NCBI GenBank assembly: GCA_963830135.1
Contig: CAWHKY010000002.1
Location: 1,056,872-1,096,871 of the forward strand
DNA from: an uncultured Solirubrobacterales bacterium
Lineage (GTDB): Bacteria > Actinomycetota > Thermoleophilia > Solirubrobacterales > 70-9
Reading direction: 5' to 3'
Length of the DNA stretch: 40,000 nucleotides
The notes under the pieces were generated by a model that worked only from the letters and a program-made list of their open reading frames with translations, was not told the origin of the DNA and ran no database searches. Of the stretch, positions 17,629-25,921 are shown piece by piece. The translations under genes and the position numbers were made by a program. How positions within the stretch are numbered: the first letter of the stretch is position 1; every line of letters starts with the position of its first letter.

Positions 17629-18707
17629 GGCGCGGTCGGAACCTGCGGCGCGGCCTCGGCCGCTTCGACCGTGTCGGCGGCAACCGCCTCCTCGGCCTCG
17701 GCGACGTCCGCCGCGGCGATGACGCTCTTCGGCGGCGGCGCCGCCCATGGGGCCGGCTCGGGACGACGCTCGTCATAGACGATGTCGGTGCCGGAGAAAC
17801 GATCTTCCCAGCCGCGCCGGTCTTCGCGGAAGACGACGCCGAGGAAGCCGATGCCGAAGGTGACGACGGAGAGGTAGAGGCCGAACAGGCGCCTGAGGCT
17901 GCGCCGCGCCGGCAGCCGACCGCTGCCGAGCTCGATGCCGACGAACCGCATCCCCGGCGTCTGACCCGCCAGCGACCAGAAGCCGACCAGATAGAGCGAG
18001 CCCATCGCCACCCACGTCGTCGAGCCGACCGCGATCGCGACGCTGGTGCCGCCGCCGCTGCCGCCGAAAGCATTGTCGACCAGGCTGACGAGAGCGACCA
18101 GGGCCGTGAAGCCGAGGTTGATGAAGACCCCGTCGATCACGTAGGCCAGGGCGCGGCTGAGGAAGCCGACGTGGTTGGTCTTCTCCGGGCGCCGCTTGCG
18201 GAAGAAGATGCGACGGATGACCCGCTCGAAGCTGTCGTCGAGGCCGCGGGTCAGCTTGCCGATCGTGCGGCCGATGTCCTCCAGCAGGCCGACGCCCTGG
18301 GCGCTGATCGCGGCCCGCACCTCGGGTGCGCCGGCGATCCGCTCGACCAGCTGCTGCGCCTCCTCGCTGGCCAGCAGCCGGCGCCAGACCTCGTCGACCA
18401 GCTCGCTGTCCATCGCCTCCAACACGGCGCGCTTGACGGTGTCGCTCTCCAGCGCGCCCTGGACCGCCTCTTCGACGATCGGGCCCTGCAGGACCCGGGC
18501 CATCGCCCGCTCGACCGCCTCGCTCTCGACCGCGGCGACGATCGCCTCCTCGGCGGCGACCTCGACGGCCTTGTCGATGCCGGTCGCCTTGGTAACGATC
18601 CCGGCGCCGCGCACGCCAACGCCCAGCAGCCGCGCCGAGAGCGGCAGGTGACCGTTCTGGGCGACAGCGTCGTTGGTCTCAGGCCGCGGAGTAGAGCCGT
18701 TTTCCAT
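17625..18707 (-). CDS. RDD-family membrane protein with a helical Ala/Glu-rich N-terminal domain
   Basis: 360 aa. The C-terminal half (GFLSRALAYVIDGVFINLGF...PGMRFVGIEL...SLRRLFG...FREDRRGWEDRFSGTDIV) is RDD-like. Confidence 0.7.
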   Translation of the reverse strand: MENGSTPRPETNDAVAQNGHLPLSARLLGVGVRGAGIVTKATGIDKAVEVAAEEAIVAAVESEAVERAMARVLQGPIVEEAVQGALESDTVKRAVLEAMDSELVDEVWRRLLASEEAQQLVERIAGAPEVRAAISAQGVGLLEDIGRTIGKLTRGLDDSFERVIRRIFFRKRRPEKTNHVGFLSRALAYVIDGVFINLGFTALVALVSLVDNAFGGSGGGTSVAIAVGSTTWVAMGSLYLVGFWSLAGQTPGMRFVGIELGSGRLPARRSLRRLFGLYLSVVTFGIGFLGVVFREDRRGWEDRFSGTDIVYDERRPEPAPWAAPPPKSVIAAADVAEAEEAVAADTVEAAEAAPQVPTAP

Positions 18708-18731
18708 CCCGCCAGCGAGTATAAGAGAGGG

Positions 18732-19223
18732 TCAGCCGACCGGCAGGCCCAGATGCTCGAGCAGGCGATCGAGAAAGGCGCTCTGGGCAGGGATGATCTT
18801 GGCCCGTGCCAGCTGGAGGTCGAACCACCGGGCGCGGTCGACCTCCGGGAACTCCCGCTCCCTGCCGCTGCGCGGGGGCCACTCCATCGTGAACGTGTTG
18901 CTCGCCAGCGCGCCCGGGTCGAACTCGGCCTCCGCCGCCCAGGCATCGACCACTTTGCCCGCCCGCTGGCGCACCGAGCCAAGCTCGATCAGATCCCCGA
19001 TCGCGAGTGCCGGCGCCGCGCCGAGCTCCTCCCCCATCTCGCGCAGAGCGCAGTCGCGTGAGCCCTCGCCATCCTCCAGCCCACCCTTGGGGATCGTCCA
19101 GGCACCCTCGTCGCGCTTCGCCCAGAACGGGCCGCCCGGGTGGACGAGCAGGAACTCGACCGCGCTCTCGCCTGTCGTGCGGAAGAGGAGGATCCCGGCG
19201 CTGTGCTTGGTTGCCATCGCCAT
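18732..19223 (-). CDS. NUDIX hydrolase
   Basis: 163 aa with the Nudix box GGLEDGEGSRDCALREMGEELG. Confidence 0.85.
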   Translation of the reverse strand: MAMATKHSAGILLFRTTGESAVEFLLVHPGGPFWAKRDEGAWTIPKGGLEDGEGSRDCALREMGEELGAAPALAIGDLIELGSVRQRAGKVVDAWAAEAEFDPGALASNTFTMEWPPRSGREREFPEVDRARWFDLQLARAKIIPAQSAFLDRLLEHLGLPVG

Positions 19224-19259
19224 GCCGTCTAGTGTGGCACGGCCCTGTCCCTGACCGAA

Positions 19260-20024
19260 TCAGATCCGGCCGGCCTCCAGGAGGCGACCGAGGAAGCGCC
19301 TGGTCTCGGGCTGGGCCGGCTCGGATAGGACCTTTTCCGGGGGTCCGGACTCGAGGATCCGGCCCTCGTGGAGGAAGGCGACCTGATCGGCGACCTCGCG
19401 AGCGAAGCTCATCTCGTGGGTGGCGATGACCATCGTCATCCCCTCCCCCTTGAGGTCGCGAACGGCGGCCAGGACCTCGCCGACCAGCTCCGGGTCGAGG
19501 GCGCTGGTCACCTCGTCAAGCAGCAGCGCCCGCGGCCGGCCGGCGAAGGCGCGGGCGATCGCGACCCGCTGCTGCTGGCCGCCGGAGAGGTTGTCGGGCC
19601 GGTCATCCTCGCGCCCCTCGAGGCCGAAGCGGGCGAGCATCGCCCGGCCGCGCTCCTCGGCCTCGCCGCGGGAGACGCCGTGCGCCCGGCGCTCGCCGAG
19701 GACGACGTTCTCCAGCGCGGTCAGGTGCGGGAAGAGGTTGTATGCCTGAAAGACCAGGCCGAGCTTACGGCGGACGCTCACCGGGGTCACCGCCGGGTCG
19801 GTGATCACCTCGCCGTCGAGGAAGATGTCGCCGTCGTCGATCTCCTCGAGCAGGTCGATGCAGCGCAGCAGGGTCGACTTGCCCGATCCCGAGGCGCCGA
19901 TCAGGGCGACGGCGCGATGCTCCTTCACGGTCAGGTCGATCCCGCGCAGGACCTCGCGGCTGCCGAACGACTTGGTCACGCCGCGGACCTCGAGGACGGC
20001 CGCGGTTGCTCCAGGGGCGCTCAC
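19260..20024 (-). CDS. polar amino-acid ABC transporter ATP-binding protein
   Basis: 254 aa with Walker A GASGSGKST, signature LSGGQQQR and Walker B LLLDEVTSALD. It is GlnQ-like. Confidence 0.9.
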   Translation of the reverse strand: MSAPGATAAVLEVRGVTKSFGSREVLRGIDLTVKEHRAVALIGASGSGKSTLLRCIDLLEEIDDGDIFLDGEVITDPAVTPVSVRRKLGLVFQAYNLFPHLTALENVVLGERRAHGVSRGEAEERGRAMLARFGLEGREDDRPDNLSGGQQQRVAIARAFAGRPRALLLDEVTSALDPELVGEVLAAVRDLKGEGMTMVIATHEMSFAREVADQVAFLHEGRILESGPPEKVLSEPAQPETRRFLGRLLEAGRI

Positions 20025-20860
20025 CGAACCGCTCCCTCGGGACCGCCGCCGATCCGGTCGACGACCCGCGCAAGCGGGATCGTCACCGCCAGATAGAGCA
20101 GCGCGGCGGCGATCAACGGCGTGAAGTTGAAGGTCTTGTACTGGGCGATCTGGGCGATCCGGAAGGCCTCCTGGGGGCCGAGGATCGAGATCAGGGCGAC
20201 GTCCTTCTGCAGCGAGACGAAGTCGTTGAGCAGCGGCGGTGCCACCCGGCGCACCGCCTGCGGCAGGATCACGTGCCGCATCGCCTGGCCGTCGGTCAGC
20301 CCGACCGCCAGCGCCGCGTCGCGCTGGCCGCGGTGGACCGAGCCGATCCCGGCCCGGTAGACCTCGGCGACATAGGCGCTGTAGGAGAGGGCGAGGGCGA
20401 TGCCGCCGAGTACGACCGGGTCAGTCGGCCAGCCTTCGAGTTCGAGCGCCGGAACCCCAAAGCCGACGAGATAGATCAGCAGGATCACCGGGAAGCCACG
20501 GAAGAGATCGACCCAGATCGTTCCGAGCAGTCGCAGCGGGAACAGCGCCGGGCCCCGGCTGGTGCGGATCAGGGCGATCACCAGGCCGAGGACCAAGACG
20601 ACGGCCTCGACGACCATGAAGACCTTGACGTCGAGCCAGAAGCCTTCGAGGACTTCCGGAAAGGTGTCCTTGAAGATCGTCCAGGAGAAGAAGGTTTCGC
20701 GCACCACCGGCCAGCCCGGGCTGGTCAGGATCCAGGCGGCGAGGCCGCCGATGACGACGACGCTGGAGCCGGCCGCGATCGCCTGCCCGCGGCGGTGGTT
20801 GCGGCGCTTGGCGGCCTCCCTTTCGAGGCGACGATCGCTGATGACGGCGGACTGGGACAA
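20021..20860 (-). CDS. polar amino-acid ABC transporter permease
   Basis: 279 aa, HisM/GlnP-like (AYVAEVYRAGIGSVHRGQRDAALAVGL). It overlaps the ATPase gene by 4 nt. Confidence 0.9.
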   Translation of the reverse strand: MSQSAVISDRRLEREAAKRRNHRRGQAIAAGSSVVVIGGLAAWILTSPGWPVVRETFFSWTIFKDTFPEVLEGFWLDVKVFMVVEAVVLVLGLVIALIRTSRGPALFPLRLLGTIWVDLFRGFPVILLIYLVGFGVPALELEGWPTDPVVLGGIALALSYSAYVAEVYRAGIGSVHRGQRDAALAVGLTDGQAMRHVILPQAVRRVAPPLLNDFVSLQKDVALISILGPQEAFRIAQIAQYKTFNFTPLIAAALLYLAVTIPLARVVDRIGGGPEGAVR

Positions 20861-20928
20861 GCAGCCGCGGATTTTGACCCCGGCCGGGGACGGTGCCGCT
20901 GCCTATCGCCCGGCGCGGGCTGCCGCGG

Positions 20929-21789
20929 TCAGTGCAGGACGGGGGCGCCGGCGGCCTGGCTCATCCAGCGCTGGTTGATCGCTTCGAGTTCGCCGGAGCT
21001 TTCGAGTTCTTCGATCGCCTCCGAAACGCAGCTGGTCAGCGGCGAGCCTTTGGCCAGCAGGGCGCCCCACTGGTCGCCGCCGGGGGCGGCGAACTGGCCG
21101 ACGACGGTCGCCGAGGGAACCTGCGCCGCGGTCAGGTACAGCGCGGTCGGCAGGTCGACGACGACGGCGTCGATCTGTTCGTTCTTCAGCGCCGTGATCA
21201 CGTCGTTGGAGCTGTTGAAGACTTCCGGTTTGCTGTCGGGTTCGATCACGTCTTCGACCGCTTCGAGGCTGGTCGTTCCAACCTGGACACCGATGTTGAG
21301 GCCCTGCAGTTCTTCCAGCGATTTGGCGCCGGCCGCTTCGGAGCTCTTGAGCACGACGATCGCCTGGTTGGCGGTGTAGTACGGCGCCGAGAAATCGACC
21401 GCCTTTTCGCGCGCCGGGGTGATCGAGATCTCGTTGACGTCGAAGTCGAATCCCTTCGGGCCGGGCGCGAAGGAGGCGTTGAAGGGCTCGACCGTCCACT
21501 TCACGTCGGCGGGTGCGTAGCCGAGCTGCTTGCCGATCGCGTAGGCGACGGCGCTCTCGAAGCCTTCCCCGTTGGCCGGTTCGTCTGCTTCGAAGTAGGG
21601 CGGGTAGGCCGGGCTGTCGGTGGCGACCGTCAGCTTCCCCTTGCTCTTCGTCTGCATCTGGCCCGGCGTGCAGGAGGCGGCCGATGCTTCGGTCGCCCCA
21701 CTCGAACTCGAATCGCTCTTGCTGCTGCCGCAACCCGCTACGACGAGCAGGATCGGGACGAGGACGATGGTGGCGAAGAGCTTCTTCAT
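20929..21789 (-). CDS. amino-acid ABC transporter substrate-binding lipoprotein
   Basis: 286 aa with the lipobox VVAGCGS and family-3 SBP features (KLTVATDSPAYPPYF, DFDVNEISITPAR). Confidence 0.85.
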   Translation of the reverse strand: MKKLFATIVLVPILLVVAGCGSSKSDSSSSGATEASAASCTPGQMQTKSKGKLTVATDSPAYPPYFEADEPANGEGFESAVAYAIGKQLGYAPADVKWTVEPFNASFAPGPKGFDFDVNEISITPAREKAVDFSAPYYTANQAIVVLKSSEAAGAKSLEELQGLNIGVQVGTTSLEAVEDVIEPDSKPEVFNSSNDVITALKNEQIDAVVVDLPTALYLTAAQVPSATVVGQFAAPGGDQWGALLAKGSPLTSCVSEAIEELESSGELEAINQRWMSQAAGAPVLH

Positions 21790-21841
21790 AGCGAGCGAGC
21801 GCGCAAGCCTATATGGATCGGCGCGGATCGGCGAGGAGGTA

Positions 21842-22849
21842 CTAGGCGCGGGCCCTGACCTCTGGCCAGGTCAGCAGGCGACCGCTGGCGGGGTCGATCA
21901 CCTTGAAGCGCACCGCCCGCAGTCCCTCCCACACGCTCAGCACCGGGACGTCGTGGAAGATCTCCATCTCGTCGTGGGCGCGCTGCAGGTTGTAGTTGGG
22001 GACCTTGGCGCTGAGGTGATGGACGTGATGGAGGCCGATGTTGCCGCTGAAGAACTGGAACAGCTTCGGCAGCTTCAGGTAGGAGCTGCCCTGCAGGGCA
22101 GCGTCGGCATAGCTCCAGTCCTCCGAGCTCTCCCAGTAGACGTCCTCGAACTGATGCTGGACATAGAACATCCAGACCCCGGCGGTGCCGGCGATGATCG
22201 CGACTGGCATCTGCACCAGCAGCCAGGCGACCGGGCCGAGGAACCAGAAGATCGCCCCGATCACGATCGCCAGCGCCAGGTTGGTCAGCAGGACGCTGTT
22301 GCGCAGCCGCGGCCGCATCGAGTTCGACCAGATCCGCGGGCCGATCATCAGCGACCAGATCGGGCCGATCCCGAACATCACCAACGGGTTGCGGAAGAGC
22401 CGGTAGGCGAGCCGCTGCCTCCAGGGACGCGCCTCGTACTCATCGACGGTCAGGGTCGGGACGTCGCCGGTGCCGCGGCGGTCGAGGTCGCCGGAGGTGC
22501 CGTGGTGGACGGCGTGGCTGTGGCGCCAACTGGCGAACGGCTGGAAGACGAGGAAGGCGGTGAGGCGGCCGAGCCAGAGGTTCCCCCGCTTGCTCTTCAG
22601 GAACGAGCCATGGGCGCAGTCGTGAAAGACGATGAAGACCCGCAGCAGGAAGCCGGCGGCGGGGATCGCGAGGGCGAGGGTGAGCCAGACGGAGACCTGT
22701 AGGCAGGCGTACATCGCCACGGTCAGCAGCAGGTAGGGCAGGACCGAGGTGGCGATGTCGAGGGCGCTGCGCCAGGCCGAGGGCATCTCGTGCCTGGCGA
22801 TCGAGAGCTTCCAGGCGAGTGGCTCCGGGGCCTGATCCGGGATCGGCAC
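21842..22849 (-). CDS. membrane fatty-acid desaturase
   Basis: 335 aa with three His boxes: HDCAHGS, HSHAVHHG and HHVHH. The start is GTG. Confidence 0.85.
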   Translation of the reverse strand: MPIPDQAPEPLAWKLSIARHEMPSAWRSALDIATSVLPYLLLTVAMYACLQVSVWLTLALAIPAAGFLLRVFIVFHDCAHGSFLKSKRGNLWLGRLTAFLVFQPFASWRHSHAVHHGTSGDLDRRGTGDVPTLTVDEYEARPWRQRLAYRLFRNPLVMFGIGPIWSLMIGPRIWSNSMRPRLRNSVLLTNLALAIVIGAIFWFLGPVAWLLVQMPVAIIAGTAGVWMFYVQHQFEDVYWESSEDWSYADAALQGSSYLKLPKLFQFFSGNIGLHHVHHLSAKVPNYNLQRAHDEMEIFHDVPVLSVWEGLRAVRFKVIDPASGRLLTWPEVRARA

Positions 22850-22990
22850 TGGGGGGTGATTCCGGATCGGAGTCGCGGTGTCGATCTCCCCATATTGGAC
22901 TATTGATCTAAACGACGCCTGACTGCGTCCTGACCGGCGAGTACGACAGCCCCGGCGGCGGCACCGGGACTGCCGTACAGCGGCAGGTCT

Positions 22991-24007
22991 CTACGGGCGC
23001 TTGGTCCACTGGGGCAGCTCCGGGAATTCGAGCGAGCTGGTGACGAGCGCCCGACCGGCGCCGGAGGTGCGCACCGTGTAGATGGCGGTTTCGTAGCCGT
23101 GCCGGGCATGCGGGATCTCACCGACGAAGGCGAGGTTGCGGCCGTTGGGCGAGAAATCGGGGTCGGGGTACTCGTGTCCCGTCGAGATGACGGTTCGCTG
23201 GCCGCTGCCGTCGGCGCCGATCACCTCGACCGTGCCGCGATTGCTGCCGTTGAACTCGCCGAAGGCGATCGAACTGCCGTCGGGGCTCCAGACCGGGTTG
23301 ACGTCTTCGACCGTGTTTTCGGTCAGCCGCCGCGCTTCCCCACCTTCGATCCCGACCGTGTAGAGCTCCGACTTGCGGCCGGACTTGGTCCCGTCGCGCA
23401 GGGTCCGGACGAAGGCGATGCGCTTGCCGTTGGGGGAGATCGCCGGCGTTTCGTCGACTCCCGGCCCGCTGGTGATCTGGTGCAGGCCGGTGCCGTTGGA
23501 ACGGGCGAGCCAGATCCCCGGCGGCCCGGTTTCGAACGTTGCGTAGTGACCGCTGAAGTGTCCGGTGAGGGCGATCGTCTTGCCGTCGCCCGAGATCCCC
23601 AGGCCAGTGGCGTTGAATCCCTGCAGGCGGTGCGGGAAGACTTCGACCCGCTTGCCGGCCGGGGTGATCAGGTAGACCTGGCTGAAGGCGTTGGAGTTGG
23701 CGCCGCCGCCGGCGACGATCTTCGAGAGGACGGCGACGGTGCCGCTCTCAGTCGAGGCGGTCTCGACGACCGAGCGGACCTTCGCCAGCACCCGCCCGGG
23801 GCCGCCATGGGGGCCGACCGAGCGGACCAGGTCGAAGTTCTTGCAGGCGCCCATCTTGCAGTGGTTGGCCTTGCCGGCGACGAAGACGATCCGGCCCGGG
23901 CCGGCGGCATGGGCGCTGGACGCGGCGAGCCCCGCCAACGCGACGAGCGCGATCAGCGCGGTGAGGACGGCCTTGAGCGGGCCGGTGGTCGAGATCTTGG
24001 TGTTCAT
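22991..24007 (-). CDS. secreted TolB-like beta-propeller (PD40 repeat) protein
   Basis: Trimmed to ATG 24007, which is preceded by GGAGG. There is a signal peptide (MNTKISTTGPLKAVLTALIALVALAGLAASSAHA). PD40-type repeats include SPNGKRIAFV, SPDGSSIAF and SPNGRNLAFV. Confidence 0.75.
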   Translation of the reverse strand: MNTKISTTGPLKAVLTALIALVALAGLAASSAHAAGPGRIVFVAGKANHCKMGACKNFDLVRSVGPHGGPGRVLAKVRSVVETASTESGTVAVLSKIVAGGGANSNAFSQVYLITPAGKRVEVFPHRLQGFNATGLGISGDGKTIALTGHFSGHYATFETGPPGIWLARSNGTGLHQITSGPGVDETPAISPNGKRIAFVRTLRDGTKSGRKSELYTVGIEGGEARRLTENTVEDVNPVWSPDGSSIAFGEFNGSNRGTVEVIGADGSGQRTVISTGHEYPDPDFSPNGRNLAFVGEIPHARHGYETAIYTVRTSGAGRALVTSSLEFPELPQWTKRP

Positions 24008-24154
24008 CGTGGGCCTCCTGTGACCGGGGTTGACGTTGAGGCAATCCTCACCCCAGATCGTCTCGACGCCCAGACCACCAAGGGTGGAGCCGGACCACCC
24101 CTCCAAGACCTCGACGACAACCCGTCGGCTGGGCCGATAGGAGAGGATGCAGAC

Positions 24155-24415
24155 ATGCCTCAACCGCGACGCCAGAAAAAACGCGAGGAGCCGGTCGACC
24201 ACGGTTGGGTGATCTCGTTCGGCTGCAAGTCAGCGGGGGAGCTGCGACGCCTCAAAGTCGACACCGACCCGGCGTCGGATACGCGGCCGATCGAAGTGCC
24301 CTGCCCTTGCGGCGAAACCCACCGGGTGACGGTCTCCCCCTACCGGCGCCGGCGGGCCGCCGACGAAGCGTTCGACCTCGAGGTCGTCTCGCTCGACGAG
24401 TTGCGATCGGACTGA
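24155..24415 (+). CDS. small hypothetical protein with a Cys cluster
   Basis: ATG 24155 follows TAGGAGAGGA. The 86-aa product is MPQPRRQKKREEPVDHGWVISFGCKS...IEVPCPCGETHRV. It is the only plausible part of the long track ORF 23099..24415. Confidence 0.4.
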   Translation: MPQPRRQKKREEPVDHGWVISFGCKSAGELRRLKVDTDPASDTRPIEVPCPCGETHRVTVSPYRRRRAADEAFDLEVVSLDELRSD

Positions 24416-24439
24416 AAGGCAACGAGAGGAAATCCAACC

Positions 24440-24826
24440 GTGACCCAATTTCGCCACATCACATCCCCGCGACCGACAACCGCCGCCACAGCGCTCGCCG
24501 TCGCCGCACTCGTCCTCGCCGGCCTCCTCGCGGGCTGCGGCGGCGGCGACGGGAGCAGTGGAAGCAGCGGTGCCACCAGCGTCGAATCCGGCGCCAAGGC
24601 CGAAGTCGAAGCGGGCACCAAGAAGGTCGAAGCGGGCGTGAAGAAGGCCACCAGGGAAGCCGAAGCGCTGGTCAAAATCGCCAGGAACAGGGCCGAAAAC
24701 GGCAAGGGCAGCGCCAGCGTGAAAGAAGGCCTCGAACAGGTCGAAAAGGGGCTCAAGGAAGGCAAGCTGCAGGGCGAAGAAGCGCTCGAAGACGCGAAGA
24801 AGCAGCTGGAAGAACTGACGAAGTAA
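24440..24826 (+). CDS. small Lys/Glu-rich lipoprotein
   Basis: 128 aa with the lipobox LLAGCGG, a Gly/Ser linker and a helical KE-rich body. The start is GTG. Confidence 0.55.
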   Translation: MTQFRHITSPRPTTAATALAVAALVLAGLLAGCGGGDGSSGSSGATSVESGAKAEVEAGTKKVEAGVKKATREAEALVKIARNRAENGKGSASVKEGLEQVEKGLKEGKLQGEEALEDAKKQLEELTK

Positions 24827-24851
24827 ACGACGACCGCCTGGCAGCGGCGGC

Positions 24852-25461
24852 TCAGTCCAGCGCCTGCTCCATCTCGTCGGCCAGTTCGGGGTGAGCTGTA
24901 GGGGCCCGGCCGGCGCAGCGCGGCGATCACCTGGCGGCGGGTGGCCGCGTCCTTGTTCTGGCTGAGCTTGCACTTGCAGACGAAGCGGGAGACCGGCAGG
25001 CGGATACCGACGGTCCGCGGCGCGATCTTCGCGCCCTGCCCCTGATCGAGCTGCGCCGGCTCCTCGACCCCACGCTCGAAGTGCTCGACCAACCGCGTCA
25101 GCACGGCGAGGTTCTCCGTCTCGTCGAGGATCTCGGGCACGCCGTGGAGGTGGGCGACGCTGAAGTTCCAGGTCGGGACGTTCCCCGGGTCCGGCGGGTA
25201 CCAGCTCGGCGAGATGTAGCCATGCCGGCCCTGGACGATCACCATCAGCTCCCCCTCGGTCAGCCGGTGGACCTGGTCGTCGGGCCTGCCCAGGTGGGTG
25301 ACGATCGTCAGCTCCGGAGCTTCCTCGTCGAGCAGGACCGGGTAGTGGGAGGCGACCAGCTCGCCGTCGCCCTGACTGACCAGGGTGGCCCAGGGGTTGT
25401 CGCGGATCAGCTGCCGGACGAAATCGGGGTCGTCCTCGGCGAAAAGGGGGTTGGCTCGCAT
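24852..25461 (-). pseudogene. paiB: PaiB-family FMN-binding protein with an apparent +1 frameshift near the 3' end (or a sequencing error)
   Basis: ATG 25461 gives MRANPLFAEDDPDFVRQLIRDNPWATLVS...YISPSWY...CKCKLSQNKDAATRRQVIAALRRPGPYS. After codon AGC (24897-24895) the frame that yields a family-typical end (HPELADEMEQALD*, stop 24854-24852) is offset by one base. The span is 610 nt, which is 3n+1. Confidence 0.7.
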
Positions 25462-25465
25462 CGCC

Positions 25466-25921
25466 TCAGTTTGACGGTCGCGGCGCGAGAATCGCCTCGG
25501 CGATCGCCTGCGGCGACGGCGGGCAGCCGGGGATCCGGATCTCGACGGGCAGCAGCTCCTCAAGCGGGACGGCAAGCTGGGACGCGTCGCCGAGCACGCC
25601 GCAACCGAGAGCGCAGTCGCCCAGGGCCGCGACCCGGCGCGGCTCTGGCATCGCCTCGTAGGCGGCCAGCAACGCCGCCCGCATCCGCGTCGTCACCGGG
25701 CCGGTGACCAGCAGCACATCCGCGTGCCGGGGTGAAGCGACGATGTCGAAGCCGAAGCGCTGCAGGTCGTACTGCGGCGCCGCCGTCGCAGTCAGCTCGT
25801 GCTCGCAGGCGTTGCAGGAGCCGGCGTCGACGTGGCGGATCGCGAGCGAGCGCGAGCCGCTGCGGCGCGGCAGACCGGCATCGCGACGGACCCCGGCGAG
25901 GTTGCGCAGGAGGACGAACAT
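25466..25921 (-). CDS. hycG: [NiFe]-hydrogenase small subunit, NuoB/HycG-like (Rv0082-like)
   Basis: 151 aa from ATG 25921, which forms an ATGA overlap with the hycE stop. The [4Fe-4S] ligand motifs are GSCNACE, GDCALGCG and IPGCPPSP. Confidence 0.85.
   Translation of the reverse strand: MFVLLRNLAGVRRDAGLPRRSGSRSLAIRHVDAGSCNACEHELTATAAPQYDLQRFGFDIVASPRHADVLLVTGPVTTRMRAALLAAYEAMPEPRRVAALGDCALGCGVLGDASQLAVPLEELLPVEIRIPGCPPSPQAIAEAILAPRPSN

Noticed and set aside
17277-19061. 594-aa plus-strand ORF
   Set aside because: It is antisense to the RDD and NUDIX genes and out of frame with the overlapping end of the DUF389 gene. The sequence is low-complexity and Arg/Asp/Gly/Ala-rich.
24340-24851. C-terminal ~170-aa extension of the paiB-frame ORF
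   Set aside because: It is fully antisense to a plausible lipoprotein gene. The extension is low-complexity (poly-Ser/Ala/Phe), and a one-base shift restores a family-typical C-terminus and stop at 24852.
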